Assembly: GCA_030065025.1 (NCBI GenBank)
Contig: JASJDY010000014.1
Coordinates: 13,113-77,112, forward strand
DNA length: 64,000 bases
Direction of reading: 5' to 3'
From: Planctomycetota bacterium
GTDB taxonomy: Bacteria > Planctomycetota > PLA2 > JAEUHO01
Shown here: one piece after another, positions 9,680 to 19,038 of the stretch
How the letters are laid out: each line of letters starts with the position of its first letter
How positions within the stretch are numbered: position 1 is the stretch's first letter
Notes under the pieces: generated by a model
Seen by the model: only the letters and a program-made list of their open reading frames with translations
The model's database searches: none
Told to the model about the DNA's origin: nothing
Made by a program: the position numbers and the translations under genes

Positions 9680-10579
9680 CTACTTGTCGGTCGTCTTGCC
9701 GTCCTTGCCGCAGGGGCAGGCGGTCTTCTCGCAGCCACCGCACTCGGACATGGGCTTGCCGGTGCAGGGGCAAGCCTTCTTCTTCGCGGAAGCGTCGCCC
9801 GTCGTGCCGGCGTCGCCGGTCGGAGCCGAGGCGCCGGAGGCCTTGCTCTTGTCGCAGCCACCACCGGAGCAGTCCTTCGACTTGTCGCAGCTCTTGGCCT
9901 TGTCGCAGCCGCCGCAGCTCGACTTCTTGCCCGAGGCGTCGCCGGTGGTGCCGGCGTCGCCCGTCGCCGCCGAAGCGCCGCCGGACTTGCTCTTGTCGCA
10001 GCCGCCGCAGCTCTTCGACTTGTCGCAGCCACCGCCGGAGCAGTCCTTCGCCTTGTCGCAGCTACCGCAGCACTTCGAGCTCTTCGCCGTCGCGCCGCTC
10101 GTGCCGGCGTCGCCCGTCGGAGCAGCCGCGCCGCCCGACTTGGACTTGTCGCAGCCGCCGCAGCTCTTGGCCTTGTCACAGCTCGCGGCCTTGTCGCAGC
10201 TGCCACAGTCGCTGCCGCTCTTGGCGGCCATCATCTTCTTGAAGTAGCCGATGGTGCGATCGGCGTTCCAGCCGTCGGCGACCATGGCGTCGCGCAGGCC
10301 GGCGAGCTTCGCGTCCTTGCTGGCGAACCAGGCGCGCCACTGCTTCTCGCCCTTCTCGGTCGAGGGGCAGGCGCAGTCGTCGGACACGTGGCCGGCAACC
10401 CACTTCATCATCGAGTGGATCGGCGACTCGGTGGCCGTCTCGGGCTTCTTCGCGACGGTCGTGGGCGCCGTCTTCGTCTCGGCCGCGGGCTTCGCGACGG
10501 GGGCATCCTCGCCGGCGAAGGCGAGACCACCGGCCACGAGAGCGAGGCCGAGGGCGAGGGCAACGATCGTGTTGCGCAT
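9680..10579 (-). CDS. Secreted cysteine-rich repeat protein
   Basis: Signal peptide MRNTIVALALGLALVAGGLAFA. About 25 Cys, mostly in repeated CxxCDK / CDK units separated by three TGDAGT(S/T)G spacers. RBS GGAG. Confidence 0.8.
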   Translation of the reverse strand: MRNTIVALALGLALVAGGLAFAGEDAPVAKPAAETKTAPTTVAKKPETATESPIHSMMKWVAGHVSDDCACPSTEKGEKQWRAWFASKDAKLAGLRDAMVADGWNADRTIGYFKKMMAAKSGSDCGSCDKAASCDKAKSCGGCDKSKSGGAAAPTGDAGTSGATAKSSKCCGSCDKAKDCSGGGCDKSKSCGGCDKSKSGGASAATGDAGTTGDASGKKSSCGGCDKAKSCDKSKDCSGGGCDKSKASGASAPTGDAGTTGDASAKKKACPCTGKPMSECGGCEKTACPCGKDGKTTDK

Positions 10580-10785
10580 ACGGTGATTCTCCAGATCGAG
10601 GGCTTGCGAGAGTCAGCTGCCGCTGCGCCCGGACTTCCGGCGCCGCCGCGGCTCATATGGGGCGCGATGGTAGCAGCGTGCGCCGCCGCCGCTGCACTCG
10701 GCCTGGGACCAACGACCGAGCGGGCGACAGGGCCCAGGAACTGGGGCTCTAAGGGGTGAAGCGGCGATGAAGACGCCCGCCCGCA

Positions 10786-12150
10786 TCAACACTCGGGGAC
10801 GTTCACCGCGACGGCCAGGCCGCCCTCCCCCGTCTCCTTGTACTCACGGCGCATGTCGTCGCCGGTGCGCTTCATGACCTGGATGACGCGGTCGAAGCTG
10901 ATCAGACCCTGTCCGCCCGCGTGCAGGGCGAGCTGTGCGGCGCTCCAGGCCTTGGCGACGCCCATCGCGTTGCGCTCGATGCACGGCGCCTGGACGAGCC
11001 CCTTGAGGGGATCGCACGTCAGCCCCAGGTTGTGCTCCATGGCGATCTCGGCCGCGTTCTCGACGTGACCGGGGCTGCCGCCCAGGATCTCGCAGAGGGC
11101 CGCCGCCGCCATCGCGGTCGCGCTGCCGACCTCGCCCTGACAACCCACCTCCGCGCCGGACAGGCTGGCGTGCGTCTTGATGAGGATGCCGAACGCACCC
11201 GCGGTGGCCAGCGCGCGATGCACGGCACGCCGGTCGAGCTCGAGGCGCTCGGCGACCTCCACGAGGACGGCAGGGACGATGCCCGCCGCGCCGTTCGTCG
11301 GTGCCGTCACGACGAGGCCGCCCGCGGCGTTCTCTTCGTTCACCGCGAACGCGTACGCCTGGGCCCGCGCGATGTGCGCGTAGCCGGCGTCGAAGTCCGC
11401 CGCGTCGGAGCGCGCGTGCAGTTCGGCGGCACGACGCTGCATGCCGAGCCCACCCGGAAGCGAGCCGTGCTGCGCGAGTCCGCGACGGATGCAGGCGCGC
11501 ATCGCCTCCCAGACACGGTCGAGGCCCGCGGCGGCCTCGGCGGCTCCGCCCGCCCAGGCTTCCTCGTTGGCAAGCACAAGATCGCCGATGCGCATCTCGG
11601 CTGCGACGGCCGCCGTGACGAGCTCTTCACCCGTGGTGTACGGGTACGGCGGCGGCGGGAGCGGACCGCCGAGGTCCTCCTCCTCGTCGCTGTCCGCAAG
11701 GCGGACGAACCCGCCCCCCACCGAGCACCACGTCTGCTCGAAGATCGTCTCGCCGTCCTCGTCGAGCGCGCGGCACTCCATCGTGTTCGGATGCGGCAGC
11801 ACCTCGTCGCGGTAGGCGCGGTACGGGAGGAAGACCACGTCCTCCCGCGCGAGCGGCACCCACGCGCCATCGAGGTGCGCGTCGATGTCGAGGAGCGCAT
11901 CGACGTCGCACGTGTCCGGGTGCCAGCCGAGCAGACCGGCGAGCACCGCACGGTCGGTGCCGTGTCCGTGACCCGTCGCGCTCAGGGATCCCTTCAGCTC
12001 GACGCGCACGCGCGCCGGTCTCAGTCCATGCGCCTCGCAGGCCTCACGGAACATGCGCGCCGCGCGCATGGGTCCGACCGTGTGGCTGGAGCTCGGCCCG
12101 GGGCCGATGCGGTAGAGGTCCGTGAGACGGGTGGTGATCGGCGTCGACAT
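10786..12150 (-). CDS. sdaA: L-serine ammonia-lyase, Fe-S dependent, single chain
   Basis: IGPGPSSSHTVGPM, GSLSATGHGHGTD, VTAPTNGAAG, GAEVGCQGEVG, EHNLGLTCDP, PCIERN. Confidence 0.95.
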   Translation of the reverse strand: MSTPITTRLTDLYRIGPGPSSSHTVGPMRAARMFREACEAHGLRPARVRVELKGSLSATGHGHGTDRAVLAGLLGWHPDTCDVDALLDIDAHLDGAWVPLAREDVVFLPYRAYRDEVLPHPNTMECRALDEDGETIFEQTWCSVGGGFVRLADSDEEEDLGGPLPPPPYPYTTGEELVTAAVAAEMRIGDLVLANEEAWAGGAAEAAAGLDRVWEAMRACIRRGLAQHGSLPGGLGMQRRAAELHARSDAADFDAGYAHIARAQAYAFAVNEENAAGGLVVTAPTNGAAGIVPAVLVEVAERLELDRRAVHRALATAGAFGILIKTHASLSGAEVGCQGEVGSATAMAAAALCEILGGSPGHVENAAEIAMEHNLGLTCDPLKGLVQAPCIERNAMGVAKAWSAAQLALHAGGQGLISFDRVIQVMKRTGDDMRREYKETGEGGLAVAVNVPEC

Positions 12151-13724
12151 CAGGCTCGGGGCTCGAACAGGACGGCGGAGTGGACGGGGCGCACACGCAC
12201 CACCGCCGACTCGCCGGCGACGATCTCAGTGTTGGGAAGATCCACGATGGCACCGTCCACGAGCATGCGCTTGGAGGAGCCGCCGTCGAGGTTCATGGCC
12301 GTCCGGCAGCCGAGCAGGGCCATGAGTCGGCCCGCGTCGGAGAGCGTCATGCCGAGCGCGCGCTCGGCGTTGCGTCCGTCGACTGCAGCGACGAGGAGCC
12401 GGCCGTCCGCGTCGATGCCGGCGAGCATGCGCGCGAGCAGGTTGCGGTCGCCCGTCTCGTCCTGCGAGAACGTGATGGGCGGCGCGCTGCCCCAGAAGTC
12501 CTCCGCCCGCATGTCCAGCGCCGGCTGTCCGTCGTGGAGCAGAAGCGGACCGCCGGCGACGCCGTCGCTCGCCGTCCCGCCGCCCGTCATGCGGGGCGGC
12601 TCGTAGCTCACACGGGCGCCTGCGCGCATTGCGGGCGTCAGCCCGGCATCCGGCACGGCGACGAATCCGTTGAGCGGCACCGGGAGCGACGACCCGACGG
12701 CGAGCACGCTCTCGCCCACCACGGAGAAGGACGGCGCATCCGGACCGACCTCGGCGTCCGCGCGGTTGACGAAGCTCGCGGGTGGCAGCGGTCGTCCGTC
12801 CACGGCGATGTCGACGTCGCCGAGCGCGACACGGCGCACCTCCGCCGCACCTTCGCCGGCTAGCAGCGCAGCCCGATTGAAGACGGGCGGCGCGCGGACG
12901 ATGCCGCGCTGCAGGAGCAGGCCGACGGGATCGTGCCGGTGGCTAGGCAGCTCGATGTCGCTCTCGGAGTACAGGAAGAAGCCGCCGGAAACGCCGGCGC
13001 GAACCTCGGGACCCGCCGCCTCCGCAAAGGACTGGCCGCGGCTCGTGAGCGACGTGAGGTCGCGGACACGGATCGCGACGCGCTTGGGATCGATGCGCAG
13101 CACGTTCACGTGCACAGGCATGCCGCCTGCCAGGCCGTCGAGCATCGAGTACTCGAGCCCCGCCGCCACGTCGCGCCAGGTCGCCGCCGCAACCAGCTCC
13201 TCGAGGTGATGCGGCTCGGCGGTCCACTGCGGGTGGAGCAGCCGTGCGGCGTAGCTGTAGTAGAAGTCCGCGAGGGCCCGCACACGCTTGAGGCGAGGCG
13301 GCGGCGCGGCGGAGATGCCCTCCAGCCGCACGCGCAGGCCCACGCGCAGGATGCGGGCTGCGGGTGAGCCGAGGTCGCGCAGAATGCCCTCGGTCACGGC
13401 CGTGCGCCGGGCGAAGACGCCGGGCTGACGACCGTCGGCCTCGGGCGACAGCAGGATCTTCAGGGCGGACACGTCGAGCTGCTCGGGCCACTGCGCCTCG
13501 AGCGCCTCGAAGTCGTCGTCCCAGGCGCGCTCCGCAGGCCGCGGCGGTCCCCCGCGCGGATGGGCCGACGAGAACGCATCGAGCGCCCCGAGCACCTCGG
13601 CGGACACGCCATGGGACTGCCCGTACGTGGTGCAGGCGTCGATCCAGGTGCGGGGTCGGGTCTCGGGCGGCATGGCGGCGGCGCAGCCTACCGCGAAGCG
13701 CGGCGGCTGCGTGCTGCGTGCCAA
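12150..13724 (-). CDS. Phosphodiester glycosidase (NAGPA/DUF2233-like) family protein with long N-terminal extension
   Basis: C-terminal GGPLL, VDGR, GMTL and NLDGGSS motifs. Start uncertain (13724 TTG or 13673 ATG). Stop overlaps the sdaA ATG (TGATG). Confidence 0.7.
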   Translation of the reverse strand: MARSTQPPRFAVGCAAAMPPETRPRTWIDACTTYGQSHGVSAEVLGALDAFSSAHPRGGPPRPAERAWDDDFEALEAQWPEQLDVSALKILLSPEADGRQPGVFARRTAVTEGILRDLGSPAARILRVGLRVRLEGISAAPPPRLKRVRALADFYYSYAARLLHPQWTAEPHHLEELVAAATWRDVAAGLEYSMLDGLAGGMPVHVNVLRIDPKRVAIRVRDLTSLTSRGQSFAEAAGPEVRAGVSGGFFLYSESDIELPSHRHDPVGLLLQRGIVRAPPVFNRAALLAGEGAAEVRRVALGDVDIAVDGRPLPPASFVNRADAEVGPDAPSFSVVGESVLAVGSSLPVPLNGFVAVPDAGLTPAMRAGARVSYEPPRMTGGGTASDGVAGGPLLLHDGQPALDMRAEDFWGSAPPITFSQDETGDRNLLARMLAGIDADGRLLVAAVDGRNAERALGMTLSDAGRLMALLGCRTAMNLDGGSSKRMLVDGAIVDLPNTEIVAGESAVVRVRPVHSAVLFEPRA

Positions 13725-13727
13725 CCG

Positions 13728-14981
13728 TCAGCGCGTCACGGGGACCTGGAGCTCCCAGAACTGCTGGGAAGCGGGCACCATCGGGCTGTTGTAGCCCATG
13801 GCGCGGAAGTCACCGGCGCGCTCGTAGCCGTTCTTCGCGATGTGCTCTTCGATGAGCCGCTTGGCGGTGGCCATGTCGCTCATGGAGCGGCGTCCACGCA
13901 TGCCGATGCTCAGCACCGTGATCGGCTCGAGGTCGAGCACGGCGACGCGTCCCTGCGCGCCGGCCTTGCCCTGATCCGGACGCTCGTAGAGGAACGCCAT
14001 GTCGCGCGCCCGCATCTTGCCGTCCATGGTCATCTCGACGGGTGCGGTCATCTCGACCTTGTTCTTCTTGATGTGCTGGAACAGGGTCCAGAACGCCATC
14101 TGCCCGCCCTGGGCGCGCGCCGCGCGGTACTGCGGGTAGCGCTTCTCGACGATACGGCCCACCGGGCCGGGCTGCGGGAAGCCCTTGGGTAGCGCCGCCT
14201 CCATGCGGGGCTTGAAGTTGGCGTTGGCCAGGATGCTGTCGAAGGCGTGGCGCAGGTTCCAGGCCTGCTTGCTCGCGTCCGCAGCCGGCTTCTGCATGGC
14301 TGCGGCCAGCGTCATGCGGTCCCAAGCACCGACGGACTCCCCGGCGTCCATCAAGCGCTGGGCGGCCTCGTGGTAGACGCGCGCGCAGCCGGCCACATCA
14401 CCGTGGTTGTACATCGGTACGCCCCGGTCGAGCGCGGCGTGGATGACCTTGGAGGGATCCATGCGCGTGGTCCGGGCGGTCATCGGACGCTCCTTCTTCG
14501 CCACGGGCTTGCCCGGGGTGAGCGTGGGGATCAGGACGCGATCGATCACGTGAATGACGCCGTTGGTGGTCATGACGTCGGCCTGGATGACGTTCGCGCG
14601 GCCGATGCGAAGGCCGACCGCCAGGTCATCGCCGCCAAGGGTGCGCGCCGACCGCACGGGCAGGAGGTTCTTCGACAGCACCCGCCCCTTCACCACGTGG
14701 CGGAGCAGCAAGCCGCGGAGCGCATCACGATCCCGGAGGAGCCCCTTCAGGGCGCCGGCGGGCAGTGCCGCGAAGGCCTCGTCCGTCGGGGCGAAGACGG
14801 TGAGCGGGCCCGGCGCCTGGAGCGCCTCGACGAGGCCGGCAGCCTCGACCGCCTTCACGAGCGTCGTGAACCGGCCGTCGGCGACCGCGGTCGTCACGAG
14901 GTCGCTGCCGTCCGAGGCGGACGCGGGGGCCGAGGTCAGGAGCAGGAACGCCATGAGGCACGCGGGCAGGATCGTCTTCAT
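13728..14981 (-). CDS. Secreted fasciclin (FAS1) + helical + SOUL heme-binding fusion protein
   Basis: Signal peptide from MKTIL. FAS1 motifs TVFAPTDEAF and NGVIHVIDRVL. C-terminal SOUL-like MTAPVE, MAFLY, YNSPM. Confidence 0.8.
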   Translation of the reverse strand: MKTILPACLMAFLLLTSAPASASDGSDLVTTAVADGRFTTLVKAVEAAGLVEALQAPGPLTVFAPTDEAFAALPAGALKGLLRDRDALRGLLLRHVVKGRVLSKNLLPVRSARTLGGDDLAVGLRIGRANVIQADVMTTNGVIHVIDRVLIPTLTPGKPVAKKERPMTARTTRMDPSKVIHAALDRGVPMYNHGDVAGCARVYHEAAQRLMDAGESVGAWDRMTLAAAMQKPAADASKQAWNLRHAFDSILANANFKPRMEAALPKGFPQPGPVGRIVEKRYPQYRAARAQGGQMAFWTLFQHIKKNKVEMTAPVEMTMDGKMRARDMAFLYERPDQGKAGAQGRVAVLDLEPITVLSIGMRGRRSMSDMATAKRLIEEHIAKNGYERAGDFRAMGYNSPMVPASQQFWELQVPVTR

Positions 14982-14987
14982 GCGCGC

Positions 14988-15031
14988 ATTGTGCAGCCTG
15001 AGCGGGGTATGTCTAGATAAATATCTGTACA
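14988..15031 (-). promoter_or_regulatory. Sigma70-like promoter of a probably leaderless transcript, plus a 22-bp near-palindromic operator
   Basis: Minus strand TAGACA-16 nt-CACAAT-6 nt-ATG(14981). Dyad TGT-nn-AGATA-AA-TATCT-nn-ACA at 15010-15031 in an AT-rich patch. Confidence 0.5.
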
Positions 15032-15098
15032 CTTATCGACCCGACGGGAGGTGCCCTCGACCGTCCTCGGCCGTACCCTGCCCCATCGAGGGAGGCCG

Positions 15099-15917
15099 AT
15101 GCCCATCCGCACCGTGATTCTGGACTTCGACGGCACCTGCACCGACGTCGAACAGGAAGCCCAGGGCTTCCTCGCCGGCTACCAGGCCGACCTCGCCCGG
15201 GTCCTCGGTCTCACGGACATCCAGCCCGCCTGGGCCGCGGCCGAGGCGCAGGTGCTGGCCGAGCCCAGCCGCTTCGGCATGGTCATCGGCGGACGCATGG
15301 TGGCGCCCGCGGTGGACCTGTACCTGCTGGCAACCGCGATCTCCACGCTCATGGAGCCCGAACTCGGCGACGAGGAGACCGAACGGCTGTTCAAGGAGAA
15401 CTACCGCTTCACCACGATGGCCTTCAAGCCGGAGACGCGACCCGTGCTCGAGGCGCTCGCGAGCTCGGTCGAGCATCTGTGCGTCGTGACGAACTCCGAG
15501 CCCGCCAAGGTGGGCGCGAAGCTCGATGCGCTCGACCTCTCGCAACGCGACACGATTCGGCTGCACGGCGACGCACGCAAGTTCCTCGTGGCCGAGCCCG
15601 TCAAGCACGAGGGCAGCGACCGTTTCGCGGCACTCCCGGAGACGCAGCAGGTCGCGGGCTGGCCGCGCCCGATCTACGTGCGCCGGGGCCACTACTTCGA
15701 CGCGCTCGCATCGATCTGGGAAGCGACGCGCACGACCCCGGCCGAGACCCTCGTCGTGGGCGACGTGTTCGAGCTCGACCTCGTGTTGCCGGGCGCTCTC
15801 GGGTGCGGGGTGCACCTCGTACCCAGCCCGCGCACGCTCGACTATGAGCGGCGGGGTGTCGAGGCCCTCGGCGGCACGCACGCCGAGGACCTGCACGACC
15901 TCTTGGACCTTGTCTGA
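15099..15917 (+). CDS. HAD superfamily hydrolase
   Basis: Motif I ILDFDGT, VVTNS, VVGDVFELD. GGGAGG RBS before ATG 15099. Confidence 0.8.
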   Translation: MPIRTVILDFDGTCTDVEQEAQGFLAGYQADLARVLGLTDIQPAWAAAEAQVLAEPSRFGMVIGGRMVAPAVDLYLLATAISTLMEPELGDEETERLFKENYRFTTMAFKPETRPVLEALASSVEHLCVVTNSEPAKVGAKLDALDLSQRDTIRLHGDARKFLVAEPVKHEGSDRFAALPETQQVAGWPRPIYVRRGHYFDALASIWEATRTTPAETLVVGDVFELDLVLPGALGCGVHLVPSPRTLDYERRGVEALGGTHAEDLHDLLDLV

Positions 15918-17978
15918 CTAGGGTCCGTGCGATGCGGGCTCACGGGCGACGATGTTGCCCGCGGCATCCAGGAAGCGGACCTGGGCCTGCTGCGGAGGTC
16001 CGGAGTTGATCTGGATCTGGAACGGCGTGGTGCTGAAGGGCTGCCCGGCGACGATCGGGTCGCCGACGACATCGTCGTCGAGCAGGAACGAGACACCGTC
16101 GCCGCTCGTCTGGCCGATCCAGCCGGCCGGCGCGGAGCCACCGGGCGGAACCTGGGATGAGTTCCACTGCGGCGTCTGCTCGGCGTTCACAAGCTCGATC
16201 GCCACGATCTCGGGCATGAGCGCCACCTTCGGGTCGCTCGCGCCGGGTCCGGGGGCGATGGTGAGCTCACCGACGAAGTCCGGCGGCTGCGCAAAGGGCA
16301 GCGGGAAGTTGCAGGTCCAGACCTCGTGCACGACGCTCACGAGGCACTTGAGGATCTGCACGCGCACGCCCGGCTCCCGCAGGCGGATGCTGATCGTGTA
16401 GTCGACCGTTCGCGGCGGCCCGTCGATCGCGGTGGAGTCGATACCGAAGCCCAGCGGATTCGCGCCAATCGGCGGCGGCGGGTTGGTGGGCGGGAACGCC
16501 GGCGTGCCGTCCGGGTTGAACAGCTCGATCTCGAAGCAGAGCGGATCGCCCCCGATGCCCATCTTGCCGTTGCAGTTGACGACGCCGGCCTGCGTGGGCC
16601 CGGCCGCGGGCGGGATCAGCACGGCGGGCGGCCCGAGCGGGCAGAAGACGCTGGCGCCGTGACCGATCACCTTGTCATCGCAGTCGTACCACCAGTAGCC
16701 GCCGGCCGGCGGACTGCCGCCGCCGCCCGTGCAGCACTCGACGACGAGCGTCATGTAGGCGTAGGACACGTTGCCGGTGTCGTCCTCCACCCGCAACGTC
16801 GGCGTGTAGACGCCGCGCTCGGTGTACGTGAAGGTCGGGGTGAGGGAGGAGCCGTCGTCGAACTCCCCGTCGTTGTCGAGGTCCCACGTCGTCGTGTCGA
16901 TGTTGCCGTCGGGATCGGAGGCGTCTCCGACGAACTGGATGGGCGTGCCGATGGAGCCGAGCACCGTCATCGCGCGCGCACGCGCGCTCGGGAAACGCTC
17001 GATGCCGGGACCGGCGACGATGCTGACCGTCTCGAGCGCGAGGCTCGTCTTGCCGTCGTCGTCCGTCGCGCGAGCGCGCACGCGGTACGCAGATCCTCCG
17101 GGACCGGGCCAGGCGAGGCTCGTGATCGTGCGTCCGGACGCGTCCGTGAAGACGCTGTCGTCGTTCGTGTCCCAGGCGATCGACGTGAGGGTGCCGCCGT
17201 CCACGTCGGCACCAAGCGCGATGAAGTCGGCCGTGCCACCGGTGGTGAACGTGTTCACTGCGTTGTCGTCGCGCTCCACCTGGAGGCCGGGACCGAGGTC
17301 GGGCATGGAGGTGTCGTCACACAAGAAGAGCGTCAGCGAGGCGGTGCTCGAGCTACCGCCGGTGCTGTCGACGCGGCAGGTGACGGTGACCTGGCCGGGA
17401 CCCGCGATCGTGCGCGTGACGGTGCGCGTCAGCGTGGTGAGGTCCACGGTGCCGTCGCCGTCGAAGTCCCAGTTGTAGTCCGCGATGCTGCTGCCAGGAG
17501 TGACGTCGGCGGCTTCGGCGACGAAGAGGGCCTGCATGTCCTCCTCGCCGAGGAGGGCCTGACAGCGGACCTGCACGGCCGGCGCCAACGGAGCCGCCGG
17601 CGGGCCGACGGCGACGACGCAGGTGGCCTCCGCGGTGTCCCCGGCGGCATCCGTCACCACCAACCGGACGGCGCGCACGCCAGGCGTGGGGTAGCTGAAG
17701 CTGGGCGACTGGAGCGTGGAGTCGTCGGTCGCACCGTCGCCGTCGAGGTCCCAGGCGTAGGTGAGCGCGGTGCAGTCCGGGTCGGCGCCCTGGCCGAAGA
17801 ACTGATACGTCCCCGCGGCGCCCGCCACCGAGCCGGCCACGAAGATCTGGGCGGCCGGCCCCGAGTCGCTGCTCTGGGGCGGAGGCGTGAAGCCCCCCCC
17901 ACCGCCTCCGCCGCCGCAGGCCGCCACGAGGAACAAGGTCGCGCCCAGGGCGCAGAACGACAGCCAGGTTGATTGCAT
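15918..17978 (-). CDS. PKD-domain lipoprotein
   Basis: Lipobox LVAAC plus poly-Gly. Repeated YxWDxDGDG / WDLDNDG PKD motifs. GAGGAG RBS before ATG 17978. Confidence 0.8.
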   Translation of the reverse strand: MQSTWLSFCALGATLFLVAACGGGGGGGGFTPPPQSSDSGPAAQIFVAGSVAGAAGTYQFFGQGADPDCTALTYAWDLDGDGATDDSTLQSPSFSYPTPGVRAVRLVVTDAAGDTAEATCVVAVGPPAAPLAPAVQVRCQALLGEEDMQALFVAEAADVTPGSSIADYNWDFDGDGTVDLTTLTRTVTRTIAGPGQVTVTCRVDSTGGSSSTASLTLFLCDDTSMPDLGPGLQVERDDNAVNTFTTGGTADFIALGADVDGGTLTSIAWDTNDDSVFTDASGRTITSLAWPGPGGSAYRVRARATDDDGKTSLALETVSIVAGPGIERFPSARARAMTVLGSIGTPIQFVGDASDPDGNIDTTTWDLDNDGEFDDGSSLTPTFTYTERGVYTPTLRVEDDTGNVSYAYMTLVVECCTGGGGSPPAGGYWWYDCDDKVIGHGASVFCPLGPPAVLIPPAAGPTQAGVVNCNGKMGIGGDPLCFEIELFNPDGTPAFPPTNPPPPIGANPLGFGIDSTAIDGPPRTVDYTISIRLREPGVRVQILKCLVSVVHEVWTCNFPLPFAQPPDFVGELTIAPGPGASDPKVALMPEIVAIELVNAEQTPQWNSSQVPPGGSAPAGWIGQTSGDGVSFLLDDDVVGDPIVAGQPFSTTPFQIQINSGPPQQAQVRFLDAAGNIVAREPASHGP

Positions 17979-18035
17979 GCACGACTCCTCGGATCCGGTG
18001 AATGAGACCCCGGACCGGAACAACACCCCGGAGCG

Positions 18036-19001
18036 ATGGTGCCCGCGGGCCCGGGATCGGTCAACCGCGCCGGCCGGAAACGTCCGCCGGTAGCATGGCC
18101 GCCCATGGCCTCAGCCGACGCCCCGGCGCTTCCCGTCGCCCTGCTCAGCGCCCCGGCGCTCGGCGACGGTCTGCTGACGCTGGTGCTCGCCAACAACCTG
18201 CGCCGGCAGGGCCGCGCCTGCGTCCTCCACCACGACCAGCTGCTGTCACTCCGATCGTGGGCGCCCTGGGCCACGATCGAGCCGCTGCCGGACGAGCCCG
18301 AGCGCATGGCGTGGTTTGCCGAGGCCCGACCGCTCTTCGTCGGCGATCCGGCACTGGTGCCGCCCGGCGCAGGCGCGGGTCCCGGTCAGCTCGTCTTCAC
18401 CAAGGACCGCTGGGACCGTCAGCATCCCTACCTACGAAGCCTCCAGCGACACGCGGAGCGGGTGCTCGACGCGCGCTGGACAACCGACGCGTGTGAGCTC
18501 GTCGCGCCGGCCGGAGTCGCCCGCGACACGCATCCGCGGCGCATCGCGCTGCATCCCTTCAGCGCGCGCCCCGCCAAGGACTGGCCGCCGGAGCGCTGGG
18601 TCCGTCTCGCGCTCCACCTCCGCGAGCGCGGCTGGGAACCCGAGGTGCTCCTCGCCCCGGGCGAGGAGGAGCGCTGGCGCGCGGCGGCGGGCGACGCGTG
18701 CGCGATCGCGGTGCCGGGCCCGCTCGACGCGGTCGCAGCCTGGCTCCTGGGCTCGGCGGCGGCCATCGCGGGCGACTCGGGCATCGGTCATCTGGCCTCG
18801 GCCGTCGGCGTGCCGACCCTGTCGCTGTTCCGCAAGGCCAGCGCCGCGCGCTTCTGGCGCCCGACTTGGGGCCGCACCGCCGTGGTGACGGCACCGTGGC
18901 GGCTGCCGGGCGGCCGCGGTCACCGCCATTGGGGGCGCCTGCTCTCCGTGCGCCGCGTGGCGCGACGCTTCGAGCAGTTCGTGGGGCGACCGCCGGCCTG
19001 A
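18036..19001 (+). CDS. Glycosyltransferase family 9 (heptosyltransferase-like)
   Basis: LGDGLL, ALHPFS...KDWP, GDSGIGHLASAVGVPTLSLF. Alternative start at 18105. Confidence 0.75.
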   Translation: MVPAGPGSVNRAGRKRPPVAWPPMASADAPALPVALLSAPALGDGLLTLVLANNLRRQGRACVLHHDQLLSLRSWAPWATIEPLPDEPERMAWFAEARPLFVGDPALVPPGAGAGPGQLVFTKDRWDRQHPYLRSLQRHAERVLDARWTTDACELVAPAGVARDTHPRRIALHPFSARPAKDWPPERWVRLALHLRERGWEPEVLLAPGEEERWRAAAGDACAIAVPGPLDAVAAWLLGSAAAIAGDSGIGHLASAVGVPTLSLFRKASAARFWRPTWGRTAVVTAPWRLPGGRGHRHWGRLLSVRRVARRFEQFVGRPPA

Positions 19002-19038
19002 GCTACGGTCGGCTCCACCCCGATCCAGGAGACCGACC

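Noticed and set aside
9300-10247. 315-aa plus-strand ORF with LSQPP repeats
   Set aside because: Antisense shadow of the Cys-rich repeat gene, which has the RBS, signal peptide and typical codon usage.
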